Below, piece by piece: positions 1-9,159 of a stretch of DNA of 64,000 nt. The notes beneath the pieces were generated by a model. It saw nothing but the letters and a program-made list of their open reading frames with translations. It ran no database searches and was not told the DNA's origin. Source of the DNA: Obrimoposthia wandeli. Taxonomy: Eukaryota. The translations under genes were made by a program, and so were the position numbers. The stretch covers positions 1 through 64,000 of the forward strand of contig CDROCS010005637.1 in the NCBI GenBank assembly GCA_977020255.1, given 5' to 3'. How positions within the stretch are numbered: position 1 is the stretch's first letter; the number at the start of each line of letters is the position of its first letter.

Positions 1-728
1 AGAAAAGAGACCGTCACCGGAGGCAGTTTTTCGATACCGCGAAACCAGAGAAAGTAACCTAAAATGGCACCAATCAGGCTCAGATATCCATAACCAAAGT
101 AGTTGATAGGCGTAAGTTGGGTTGGAACGCCTTCTAGCCAAATTGAGACCGGTAACAACATTATGCCGCCAAATAACAATTGCCAACCTGTGAATCCAAG
201 CATTGTCATGCCTGTAGGACGACCCCATCTTTTTGTTAGTACCACGCCTAAACCCATGCTCAATGCGCCGAGTAACGCGATCAATACGCCTTCGATATTA
301 AGTTCAGCTGAGCTGTTTAGCACTAGCAATCCAATACCGATAATACCTAATCCACTGGCTGCTAGCTGTTGCTGCGTGAAGTTGGTATTCAGCAGGTATC
401 TACTCATGGTCATTACAATAAGAGGCTGGATAGACATCACCATCGATGCCATTCCACCTGGCAGGTAGGTTGCTGCGAAAAATAAACAATAGAAAAATAG
501 CCCGATGTTTAGAAAACCGAGCACTGCCATACGAAGCCACCATAATCCAGTTGGCCACGCTCGGCTGATAAGCACCAATAGCACACCAGCTGGTAGCGCT
601 CGTATTGTTGAAGCAATAAGCGGACTGTCTGGTGGAAGTGCTTCTGTTGTCACTATATAAGTACTGCCCCAGACAATAGGCGCAATTGCGGTTAACGCTA
701 TAGTCTTAATTTGCTGGATCCTGTTCAT
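1..728 (-). CDS. pecM: EamA/DMT family exporter, PecM-like (3' end runs off the window; not in the ORF track)
   Basis: Manual minus-strand translation from ATG at 728 gives MNRIQQIKTIALTAIAPIVWGSTYIVTTEALPPDSPLIASTIRALPAG, the PecM-type N-terminus, followed by multiple TM helices. Divergent from a PecS-type MarR. Confidence 0.85.
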   Translation of the reverse strand, partial: MNRIQQIKTIALTAIAPIVWGSTYIVTTEALPPDSPLIASTIRALPAGVLLVLISRAWPTGLWWLRMAVLGFLNIGLFFYCLFFAATYLPGGMASMVMSIQPLIVMTMSRYLLNTNFTQQQLAASGLGIIGIGLLVLNSSAELNIEGVLIALLGALSMGLGVVLTKRWGRPTGMTMLGFTGWQLLFGGIMLLPVSIWLEGVPTQLTPINYFGYGYLSLIGAILGYFLWFRGIEKLPPVTVSF

Positions 729-753
729 AATTCGCCCTGACTAATTAGTTTGT

Positions 754-842
754 TATCTCTAACGAAAGTGTCTTTTGTGAAAGTTACTTTCTATAAAGTA
801 ATTGAGTTTTCATCTTTAATCAAGTATCTTTTTGAAAAGATA
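754..842. promoter_or_regulatory. Array of PecS/MarR operator palindromes (CTT-N6-AAG core)
   Basis: TATCTTTTTGAAAAGATA (825-842) and TTACTTTCTATAAAGTAA (784-801) are near-perfect 18-bp palindromes. Weaker copies start at 754 and 769. All lie in the pecM-pecS intergenic region. Confidence 0.7.
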
Positions 843-860
843 TTTATTTGAGAGATAAAA

Positions 861-1346
861 ATGTCATCAGACAAAGTAGATAAAATCCTTGCTCAATGGC
901 TCGCTGTCAGGCCGGATCTGGATTGCTCAGCAATGGGTGTTGTCGGGCGATTACGTAAAACCAGCGGTGTATGGAAGAAGAAGTTGGATCCGGTTTTTCA
1001 AGAGCACGGGCTGAGCAGTATTGAGTTTGATATTTTGGCTACGATGCGCCGCAGTGGTACTTCACCTGTCACACCAACTGAGTTGTATCAGACTCTGATG
1101 CTTTCCTCTGGTGCAGTCAGTACGCGTATCGAAAAGTTGGTTAAAAGTGGTTTTGTACAGCGTATTGCCAGTGAACATGACAGACGTAGCTGTAAAGTGA
1201 CACTGACCAAAGAGGGCATTGAGTTGGTAGACACAGCGTTGAATGCGCATGTTGCTAATATGGATAATATATTGGAGGTACTTAGCCACCAAGAACAGGA
1301 ACAGTTGGCAAACTTGTTAAGAAAAATATTGTTGGCAGAGCAATAA
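861..1346 (+). CDS. pecS: MarR family regulator, PecS/urate-responsive (UrtR) type
   Basis: N-terminal extra helix DKVDKILAQWLAVRPDLD, EFDILATMRRSG motif and wHTH DRRS motif. Divergent pecM. Confidence 0.85.
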   Translation: MSSDKVDKILAQWLAVRPDLDCSAMGVVGRLRKTSGVWKKKLDPVFQEHGLSSIEFDILATMRRSGTSPVTPTELYQTLMLSSGAVSTRIEKLVKSGFVQRIASEHDRRSCKVTLTKEGIELVDTALNAHVANMDNILEVLSHQEQEQLANLLRKILLAEQ

Positions 1347-1517
1347 CGAACGGTAGCTTTTAATTATATATTTCTAATATTAGAAATATATTTTTGTATA
1401 ACCTGATTTACAGGGATGAATCGAAAACGGTGATGAGTATTACTTAGCGACTACAATGTGAAGTGGTTGAGTGAATTTGTGAATAAAAATCATTATATCT
1501 ATGTGAGTCATTAATCT

Positions 1518-1856
1518 ATGTATATCGGTGAAGCATCAAAAAAAACAGGTTTATCTATCAAGGCTATTCGGTTTTATGAACAAATAGGTTTGATCAGGCC
1601 GCCAGAAAGAGTCGGTAGATATAGGATATACAAAGACACAGAAATAGAACTTCTTCTACTCATTAAAGAGGCCAAAGAGTTAGGGGTAACCCTGTCTCAA
1701 CTTAAGGGCGTTATTGTTTACAGTCATGGCAAGGTTGACTGGGCTAAGATAAAACTATTTTTGGCTGAATTAAGAAAACAGTTAATTAATCAAATCGATG
1801 ATATAAAGAAAAAAATAGCCAACCTTGACGCGTGTTATGACCAAATAAATCCTTAG
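1518..1856 (+). CDS. MerR family transcriptional regulator
   Basis: MYIGEASKKTGLSIKAIRFYEQIGLI HTH, GRYRIY wing and C-terminal coiled coil. Confidence 0.9.
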   Translation: MYIGEASKKTGLSIKAIRFYEQIGLIRPPERVGRYRIYKDTEIELLLLIKEAKELGVTLSQLKGVIVYSHGKVDWAKIKLFLAELRKQLINQIDDIKKKIANLDACYDQINP

Positions 1857-1863
1857 CAAGTGC

Positions 1864-1895
1864 TTGACTCTACCCTAATGAGGAGACTGTAGACT
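1864..1895 (+). promoter_or_regulatory. MerR-type long-spacer sigma70 promoter
   Basis: TTGACT (1864-1869), a 20-bp spacer with imperfect dyad TCTACCCT/GAGGAGA, then TAGACT (1890-1895). Lies between the MerR gene and the oxidoreductase. Confidence 0.55.
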
Positions 1896-1911
1896 GTATC
1901 TCAAATAACCC

Positions 1912-2850
1912 ATGTTGGAGAATGAGATGAAAGGTTTAGTCGTTAATAATGAAAATAATATCGAGCTAAGAAACAACTTGATAAAGCCTGTAGCAGGGCA
2001 AGGCGAAATACTAATTCAAATAAAAAGCGCGTCGGTTAATCCGTTTGATGTGGAGAGTGCGAAGGGAACTTATGACGGTTATTTTGCTGAATATGGTTTT
2101 GATAAAGAAGTGAAGACTGGACTGGAATTTTCAGGTGTCGTGATGAGTGACGGTGAGAAGTTTAGTCACGGTGATAATGTATTTGGCTATGTCCATATGT
2201 TAACTGGGTGGAAAACCCATGCAGAATATATAGCCGTTGATGAAAACTATGTGGCTTTAATGCCAGATGAATTGAGCTACTCTCAAGCCGCTGCTATTCC
2301 GCTTGGGGCATTGACAACCTTAGTTGCTTTGCAGGATTTAGGGCATCTAAAAGCGGGTATGAAATTATTGATTAATGGAGCTTCAGGTGGTCTTGGTATT
2401 CAGGGTATCCAAATCGGTAAGATTTTAGGAGCACATGTATCTGCGATTGCCGGAAGCGAGCAAGAGGAGTTCTTACTCTCTTATGGTGCGGATCAAGTCT
2501 ATGATTACAATCAAACCAAAATTGGCGACATTGCCGGTACCTTCGACGTTATCCTTGATTTAACCAATGTGCAAAAACTAGAACATATAAAGCCGCTATT
2601 AACACCAACGGGTATTTTTATTCCTGGTGAACCGAATGATGAAAATGGTGGCCTGTTAGAGGATCCGCAAGTGGCTTATTTGATGGTTGCACATGGTGAT
2701 CTCACCAAGCTAACGCAAATTGCAAACTGGGTGTCCGAGGGAAGACTAAAAGCCGTCATAGATAGCGAGTTTAGCTTTGCTGATTATCAGCAGGCCATTG
2801 CTCGTGTCAAAGTAAAAGGCAGAAGAGGACGGATAATCATGAGCTGGTAA
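1912..2850 (+). CDS. MDR-family NAD(P)-dependent oxidoreductase (quinone reductase-like)
   Basis: SVNPFD and GLEFSGVV motifs plus Rossmann INGASGGLG. No Zn-binding Cys cluster. Confidence 0.85.
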   Translation: MLENEMKGLVVNNENNIELRNNLIKPVAGQGEILIQIKSASVNPFDVESAKGTYDGYFAEYGFDKEVKTGLEFSGVVMSDGEKFSHGDNVFGYVHMLTGWKTHAEYIAVDENYVALMPDELSYSQAAAIPLGALTTLVALQDLGHLKAGMKLLINGASGGLGIQGIQIGKILGAHVSAIAGSEQEEFLLSYGADQVYDYNQTKIGDIAGTFDVILDLTNVQKLEHIKPLLTPTGIFIPGEPNDENGGLLEDPQVAYLMVAHGDLTKLTQIANWVSEGRLKAVIDSEFSFADYQQAIARVKVKGRRGRIIMSW

Positions 2851-3169
2851 CTCTTTTTATGGTCTATATGCTAAAGACCAAACATTACTTTGCAAGCGTT
2901 CCATTACATGGGAGTAATGGAACGTAATAAATTCGTCAGTAATTTATTCCTAATGATTATTTACCTTGTTGGAGTCATACATCTAACAAGGTTTCTTTCA
3001 AGTATGGGCTTAGCTCAATTTTGTGCTAAGCCGTTTCTGCTCCTAAATGAGTTTGCGCAAAAATTACTGTTCCTCTCCCCAAAAATATATTTGTTTGGAC
3101 AAGTAGATCCAGCATCTCTACCTAAGCGATTCAATCAGAGAAGGCCAAATTGATAGCAAATTTGAGCCA

Positions 3170-4396
3170 TCAACTCTCTTGAATTGCCAATACTAAATAT
3201 TGTGCCAATGCTTTAGGGTTTTCAATTGGAATTGAGTGGCCTGCATTTTCTACAGTACAGCAGGTAGCATAAGGCATTAATCGTGTAATTTCTTCTCCAT
3301 GTTCTGGTGGCGTTGCAGAATCTTGCTCTCCTACAAGTACCATTGTATCTATTGTTATATTTGTTAGTGCACTACGTATATCTTCTCTTCGGATGATCGC
3401 CGCATCCATGGCATGGGATAGCAACTTTGGATCCGCATTCATCAGTTTTTTTATTTCTTTTTCTGTGTGGTTAGGTTGGTCTTTTAACCAAGAGGAGGAA
3501 TATTTAACCTTTTGTATCTCTTCAAAAAAACTACGTCTTTTGTCATCATCTGATGACAATAATAAAGATTGGCGCAGCTGCCATAAAGGTATATTTAAAG
3601 GATCCTCAGCTTGTGCGGTTGTGTTGACTAGCACTAACTTCTTTAGCAGTTGAGGATATTTAATCGCGATTCGTAAAGCAATCATTCCCCCTTGGCTGTG
3701 ACCTACCAAGGTTACATTTTGGATGTTATTTTCAATAATCCACAGCGCTATATCATCAGCAATCGTATTTAGATCTAATCCGTGACGCCAACCACTAGAG
3801 CCATGACCAGGCATATCAAATACAACGCAACGACATTGTGTCTCAATGTGACTAATAACGGGAGACCAAAATGTTCGATCAAGAAATAAACCATGTAGAA
3901 ATATTAACGTAGAACCTCCACCATGGTCATCCCAGCCATATTGAACACCGTTGACTAACGCTGAACGGTGGGGGTCATTACTGTGATGTGCTTTAGACAG
4001 CATGAGAGAATCTTCAAAAATTTGATATCGCGTTATTTGCCCATTATTTGTGGTGAACCGAATCATAAAATGACCGTCCGCAATAGCGTCTGTTTTCACT
4101 ATACGGTGGCGAAAGTGACCAATGGCGATGACATCGGGTGAAGAATCAATTAATGGTTCTAGCGTAAAGCCGATAGGCTGAAAACCTTCGGGAAAACGCT
4201 GTAACCATTGTTTAATTGCAGCCTTACCTTGAATTATACCCACTGTTTTTAAAATGGGATCACCATCAATATGCCAAATGGCATCGTCACTTACATACTC
4301 AAGTGCGTTTTCGATATTTTTTTCGGAAAAAGCGGCCAAATAAGCTTTAACTGTTTCAATTGATGACAAGGGTGCTGTGTCTAAAAGAGTATCCAT
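3170..4396 (-). CDS. SnoaL/NTF2-like domain fused to an alpha/beta hydrolase
   Basis: N-terminal ~130 aa SnoaL-like. C-terminal LHG oxyanion loop, DMPGHG, GHSQG nucleophile, GEQD acid and AGH His. Confidence 0.8.
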   Translation of the reverse strand: MDTLLDTAPLSSIETVKAYLAAFSEKNIENALEYVSDDAIWHIDGDPILKTVGIIQGKAAIKQWLQRFPEGFQPIGFTLEPLIDSSPDVIAIGHFRHRIVKTDAIADGHFMIRFTTNNGQITRYQIFEDSLMLSKAHHSNDPHRSALVNGVQYGWDDHGGGSTLIFLHGLFLDRTFWSPVISHIETQCRCVVFDMPGHGSSGWRHGLDLNTIADDIALWIIENNIQNVTLVGHSQGGMIALRIAIKYPQLLKKLVLVNTTAQAEDPLNIPLWQLRQSLLLSSDDDKRRSFFEEIQKVKYSSSWLKDQPNHTEKEIKKLMNADPKLLSHAMDAAIIRREDIRSALTNITIDTMVLVGEQDSATPPEHGEEITRLMPYATCCTVENAGHSIPIENPKALAQYLVLAIQES

Positions 4397-4481
4397 TTTA
4401 CGCCTCGGTAGTTATTTAAAAGCTATTTAAAAGTTATTACAAATTGTAAAACCTTTTAACCCCCTTTAAAATGGAAAGCAT

Positions 4482-4498
4482 TGGAAAACAGATTTCCA
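4482..4498. promoter_or_regulatory. Inverted repeat TGGAAA-N5-TTTCCA, probable LysR site
   Basis: Perfect 6-bp dyad just upstream of the LysR gene in the divergent intergenic region. Confidence 0.4.
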
Positions 4499-4512
4499 TT
4501 TTTGGAGTTTAA

Positions 4513-5376
4513 ATGAATTTTGAAAATATCTATTTTTTCACTGCCGTTATACGCAATGGAAGTCTCAGTAAAGCAGCATCAGAATTAGGTGTTAGTCCAC
4601 AAACGGTAGGTCGTAAAGTTGCTAATTTAGAGCTTGAGATAGGCACCACACTTTTTATCAAGCACCCTACAGGTTACCAGCCAACTACAGATGGTTTATT
4701 ATTTTACCGAGAAGCCGAAAATGTAGAAAAAGCGTTAGCATCTCTAAAAACCCAATTCAGAACTAAAAACAAAGAATACGAAGGCGTTGTGAGAGTGGCT
4801 CTACCAGAAATGATAGCGTTGCGTATTGTTATCCCCCAATTACAACCCTTTATTCAGGACTACCCAAAGCTTGAATTACAAATCGTTACAGGCATATATA
4901 ATGTCGGTATAGCAAGAGGTGACGCAGACATTGCTTTACGTTTAAAGCGTCCAGAAAAAGGAGCATTAACTGTGCGCAAAGTTGGTAGTATGTCATCTGG
5001 AATGTTTGTATCAAACGGTCAAACATCAGTCCTCGATAATGTCCCTTTAGTTGGTTGGGATAGCCATATAGATTTACCTTCAGCTAAGTGGTTGGCTAAA
5101 CTCACCAACCGCGCTCCTAATATTAGATTTAATACACTTGCATCCCAAGAAGCTGCCATTCGTAGTGGTGTAGGCGCAGGAATATTACCGCATTTTTTAT
5201 CCGACGGTTTAACCCCAATTGAAACGCCGCCGATTAAACCTGAGTCTCTATGGTTAGTTAGCCACGCTAGCGAAACTACTTCACCAAGAATCAGAGCCGT
5301 TTATGATGAAATTGCCAATATAATTAGTGCTAACCAAAAAGATCTGATGCCTGTTGGCTGGAAGATAAGCAATTAA
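4513..5376 (+). CDS. LysR family transcriptional regulator
   Basis: GSLSKAASELGVSPQTVGRKVANLELEIG HTH, PTTDG hinge and substrate-binding domain. Confidence 0.92.
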   Translation: MNFENIYFFTAVIRNGSLSKAASELGVSPQTVGRKVANLELEIGTTLFIKHPTGYQPTTDGLLFYREAENVEKALASLKTQFRTKNKEYEGVVRVALPEMIALRIVIPQLQPFIQDYPKLELQIVTGIYNVGIARGDADIALRLKRPEKGALTVRKVGSMSSGMFVSNGQTSVLDNVPLVGWDSHIDLPSAKWLAKLTNRAPNIRFNTLASQEAAIRSGVGAGILPHFLSDGLTPIETPPIKPESLWLVSHASETTSPRIRAVYDEIANIISANQKDLMPVGWKISN

Positions 5377-5479
5377 GAAAATGACAAAGTGTCTAGGAAA
5401 TTAGGGGGGTGATTAAAATCATTCCAGTGGCATTATCTTGTTTCCCTTTATCCGTGGCTAATGATTAAAGGGATAAATA

Positions 5480-5620
5480 TTAAATGCCGATCATTTTTGT
5501 ACATTTATCTCTGAGTAATTCCCTGAGTGCGATGACTGCTGGGCTAACTTGTTTTCTACTTGGGCAGATTAAGTAGAGCTCGACAGAGGGAGATTGATAA
5601 TCAGGTAAAAGCTGTACCAG
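5480..5620 (-). pseudogene. C-terminal remnant of a second LysR regulator
   Basis: Minus strand reads LVQLLPDYQSPSVELYLICPSRKQVSPAVIALRELLRDKCTKMIGI*, a typical LysR C-terminus. No start or HTH; truncated at ~5620. Confidence 0.7.
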
Positions 5621-5986
5621 TATTCAATCGCCGAAAAGATCAGTATGGCGGCACCATAGAAGCGCGATGTCGAATAATTATCGAGATTATTGCTAAAGTA
5701 CGCAGTGTCGTAGGCGCTGAACTTCCTATCGGAATTAAGATTAACTCGTCAGATCAATTAGAAGGTGGATTAACACAAGAAGATGCGTTGGAAGCAATTA
5801 GGATCCTCGATAAAACCTCAAGGTGGTATTACGGCTTGGTATACTATGTATTTAACCGCAATAGGGAATGATAATGAAAAAAAATCAACGCTTGATCTGT
5901 CATTAGCTATTAGCCAATACGAGCAGCGTGATGAGAACCGTTGTGTCAACTGGCAACGAAAATTTACAGGCTATTCATTATTATAG
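5621..5986 (+). pseudogene. Fragmented NADH:flavin oxidoreductase (Old Yellow Enzyme family)
   Basis: FNRRKDQYGGTIEARCR..IGIKINSSDQLEGG..LDKTS is the OYE core. It jumps at ~5820 into GGITAWYTMYLTAIG..QRDENRCVNWQRKF in another frame. N-terminus absent. Confidence 0.75.
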
Positions 5987-6003
5987 GTTAGTCGTAACGT
6001 ATC

Positions 6004-6513
6004 TTACTGTTCATCTTTATCGAAAGAAAATTCAAGCTTTGCTAATGAGTGGCATACTGCACCAAGACGCATTACTGCATCAATATTCTCATCCGTTGCA
6101 CCAGCATTTAACAACGACATCGCATGTGAACGTAGGCACATATGCCCGCCATTAATCACCGATACCGCAATGCAGGCGAAGTGATAAGCGGCTTCATTAG
6201 CGACCTTAATGTCACCAAAAGAACGAAAGTTTAATGCCTCTAATGTGCCACCCGCATTCAGATCTAAATATTGGCGAGAAACAAAATAAGGATTGGTCAC
6301 ACCCATTCTTGCCACCGAGAATAAAATAGCTCGCTTTTGTTCTTGAGTGGGTTTTCCTATCCAGCTTTCAACCAAATTTTCTACGTGGGTGCTTTGTACT
6401 GTGTATACTGCGGCCCATGCCGAAAATATGATGCTTTCTTTATCTAAACCAGGGGTGTTTAGTAAAATGCTTTTTAACAGGTTTTCTTGGTCAATACGGG
6501 CGTCTAACATCAT
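6004..6513 (-). CDS. AhpD-like / carboxymuconolactone decarboxylase family protein
   Basis: MGVTNPYF and AVSVINGGHMCLRSH (AhpD SAING-CxxC-xxH motif with the first Cys replaced). Confidence 0.7.
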   Translation of the reverse strand: MMLDARIDQENLLKSILLNTPGLDKESIIFSAWAAVYTVQSTHVENLVESWIGKPTQEQKRAILFSVARMGVTNPYFVSRQYLDLNAGGTLEALNFRSFGDIKVANEAAYHFACIAVSVINGGHMCLRSHAMSLLNAGATDENIDAVMRLGAVCHSLAKLEFSFDKDEQ

Positions 6514-6657
6514 TTATTCTTACTCTTTATAATTGCATTAAGAATGATTATATACTTTATCACTTTAATTTCAGGCTAACGATATTTTAATCATTTAGAT
6601 CAGACCATCATAACTCTTATCTCGAACAATCTTAAAAAGGTAAATACTGTAGAATGC

Positions 6658-7437
6658 TTGCACAACGTTCAAATTTTAAAGGTTCGAAAAGTGATGAAGT
6701 CTAATATTTGGATCAAGGCAGGTATAGTTATCATATATGGTTCATCTATAGATGCCTCTCCTCATCGCCATCATGCAATTCAGTTGGCTTGGCCCCGAGA
6801 TGGTTATTGTTGCAAACTCGATAATAAAGCGATATCGACGCCTTTAATCATTGGTTCTAACGTGGAGCATCAATTACAAATTGATGAGGGGTGGATATTG
6901 CTGGTGGAACCCACTAGCGAGTTAGGGCTGGCTCTCTCTGACAAATTGTTAGACCAGTCATCAATAACATTCAAGGTTTCCTCATCTACTTTTAATCATG
7001 CAGAGCCAACCGATGACTTAACTGTATTGCTTTCTCCTTTATTCGAAGGGTTAGGGCTCTCAAATCAATTCCCGCTGATAAATGAAAGCAAAGTTGTGGA
7101 CCATCGAATTAAGGCGTTATTGCGTGAGCTTGATAAATGCCTAGAGGGTGAGTGCATCAAACCGAGTAATTGGCGTGCTTCTGAAGTGGCTGAAAACCTC
7201 GCTTTGTCGGAAAGTCGTTTTCTGCATTTATTTAGTCAAGAACTGGGTGTTCCTTGGCGACCATATCTGTTGTGGTGTCGCATGACATGCGCCGTTAGGG
7301 CTATATTAAATGGCCAGTCAGCAACAGATGCTGCGCATTTAGCTGGGTTCTCCGATAGCGCACATTTAAGCCGGACGTTTCGCCAGACGTTTGGCATGAC
7401 AATTAGTCAAGCCAAGGCTATTTTTCGTCAAGGTTAG
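6658..7437 (+). CDS. AraC family transcriptional regulator (true start probably ~6691-6694)
   Basis: HRHHAIQL cupin motif, LSESRFLHLF and AGFSDSAHLSRTFRQTFG double HTH. Confidence 0.9.
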   Translation: MHNVQILKVRKVMKSNIWIKAGIVIIYGSSIDASPHRHHAIQLAWPRDGYCCKLDNKAISTPLIIGSNVEHQLQIDEGWILLVEPTSELGLALSDKLLDQSSITFKVSSSTFNHAEPTDDLTVLLSPLFEGLGLSNQFPLINESKVVDHRIKALLRELDKCLEGECIKPSNWRASEVAENLALSESRFLHLFSQELGVPWRPYLLWCRMTCAVRAILNGQSATDAAHLAGFSDSAHLSRTFRQTFGMTISQAKAIFRQG

Positions 7438-7506
7438 CCAGTTTATTCAATTTTTTCATTCACGCTTTGGTTATGCTCCTTACATATTCAATAACAGGAG
7501 TTAGCC

Positions 7507-8250
7507 ATGAGCGAATTATCAAAAGAATACCGACAAGAAACGTCAATGCTGGATTTTAGCCATCCACATATACAAAGCCTGATCGAGCAAAGAAAATGGC
7601 AAAGCCTGTCTCAATATGATGCCATTGGCGCTATCTATAATTTTGTTCGAGATGAGACTCGTTTTGGTTATAACAAGGATGATCGTTTGACGGCAAGCCA
7701 AGTATTAAAAGATGGTTACGGGCAGTGTAATACCAAAGGCACATTATTAATGGCCTTGCTTCGCGCTGTTGGTATTTCTACCCGCTTTCACGGTTTTACT
7801 ATTTATAATGATTTACAGCGAGGGGCTATCCCGAACTATCTTTTCAGGGTTGCACCGCCTCGTATTATCCATAGTTGGGTGGAAGTTTATCAAGATGGAC
7901 GTTGGATTAACTTAGAAGGTTATATTTTAGATAAGGATTATTTAAAACAAGTTCAAAGCCATTTTGCTAAACCGAATGAAATAAAAAGTGAAGCATTTTC
8001 TGGCTACGGTATTGCGACGAAATGTTTATCTAATCCTGACATCGATTGGCAAGGCCAAGATACCTATATTCAAAGTGAAGGTATTGCCGATGACTTTGGT
8101 ATATACACCCAGCCTGACGATTTTTATTCAAACTATGGCAGTAATCTCTCTGGTATTAAAAAGGTTATGTTTCGTTATGTACTTCGTCACTTAATGAATT
8201 TTAATGTAAATAAAATCCGTACCAAGGGCATCAGTAATAAATTAGTGTAA
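7507..8250 (+). CDS. Transglutaminase-like family protein
   Basis: GYGQCNTK catalytic Cys, HSWVEV His and NLEG. Confidence 0.85.
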   Translation: MSELSKEYRQETSMLDFSHPHIQSLIEQRKWQSLSQYDAIGAIYNFVRDETRFGYNKDDRLTASQVLKDGYGQCNTKGTLLMALLRAVGISTRFHGFTIYNDLQRGAIPNYLFRVAPPRIIHSWVEVYQDGRWINLEGYILDKDYLKQVQSHFAKPNEIKSEAFSGYGIATKCLSNPDIDWQGQDTYIQSEGIADDFGIYTQPDDFYSNYGSNLSGIKKVMFRYVLRHLMNFNVNKIRTKGISNKLV

Positions 8251-8312
8251 ATAATGATACTTGAAAATTCAGGTGCAGTAGACTCGGCTAAACAGTGATT
8301 TAGGAAGTAGAT

Positions 8313-9158
8313 ATGATACTGACAGCGTTAATTGATAATACTCGATTAGATGATAGAACAGATCTAGCGGTTGAAAGAGGGCTATCTTTTCACATAAAAA
8401 CGATGGGGCAAGAAATTCTGTTTGATGCTGGTAGCAGTAAAGCTTTTTGTGATAATGCCATTTTATTAGGTATTAAGATGGAAGATGTTGATGCTGCCAT
8501 TATTTCGCATCGTCATCATGACCACTGTAATGGCGTAACGCATTTCCTCGACCGTAATTCTAAGGCTCAGGTCTATTTCCGCGAATGTGCAGAAACGGAT
8601 TATAGTTTCAAAGCGTTTGGTTTTAAAAGCAATGTCGGTATTGATAAGACCCTATTAGATAAAGACAGTGGGCGATTCAGTTTCATTAATAAAACCACTG
8701 AGATACGCCCAAATATTTTTATCATTACAAGTATTAGTCGTAAGCATGAGCAGGCAAAGGGTAATAAATATCTCTTTACTGATACAGGCGATGGCTGTAA
8801 ACCAGACACATTTGACCATGAATTACTGTTAGTGATTAAAGAAGATGATGGTCTTATCGTGTTTACTGGTTGTGCGCATAGTGGGGTGCTCAATATGATT
8901 GAAACCGCAATTGAATTGTTCCCGAACACCAGAATTAAAGCTGTTGTCGGTGGATTTCATTTGGTCGGATTACCTTTATTTAATAGTATTGGTGGGACTA
9001 AGAAAGACATTGAGGCTATCGGTGAAACCATGCTCACTTATCCAATAGATAAGCTCTATACTGGCCATTGTACGGGCATGAAAGCCTATGAAATATTAAA
9101 AGGCGTACTTGGTGATTCCCTTGAATACTTCCCGACAGGGCGTCGCGTAACCATCTGA
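8313..9158 (+). CDS. MBL-fold metallo-hydrolase
   Basis: ERGLS, LFDAG, SHRHHDHCNG, TGCAH, GGFH and GHCTG motifs. Confidence 0.9.
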   Translation: MILTALIDNTRLDDRTDLAVERGLSFHIKTMGQEILFDAGSSKAFCDNAILLGIKMEDVDAAIISHRHHDHCNGVTHFLDRNSKAQVYFRECAETDYSFKAFGFKSNVGIDKTLLDKDSGRFSFINKTTEIRPNIFIITSISRKHEQAKGNKYLFTDTGDGCKPDTFDHELLLVIKEDDGLIVFTGCAHSGVLNMIETAIELFPNTRIKAVVGGFHLVGLPLFNSIGGTKKDIEAIGETMLTYPIDKLYTGHCTGMKAYEILKGVLGDSLEYFPTGRRVTI

Positions 9159-9159
9159 T

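Noticed and set aside
103-468. 121-aa plus-strand ORF
   Set aside because: Antisense shadow of the real minus-strand pecM gene.
1475-1500. Fur-box-like word upstream of the MerR gene (about 14/19)
   Set aside because: The left half matches poorly and the context is AT-rich, so chance is plausible.
2890-3153. 87-aa TTG-start ORF in the convergent gap
   Set aside because: No RBS or recognisable motif; the region is better explained by stem-loops.
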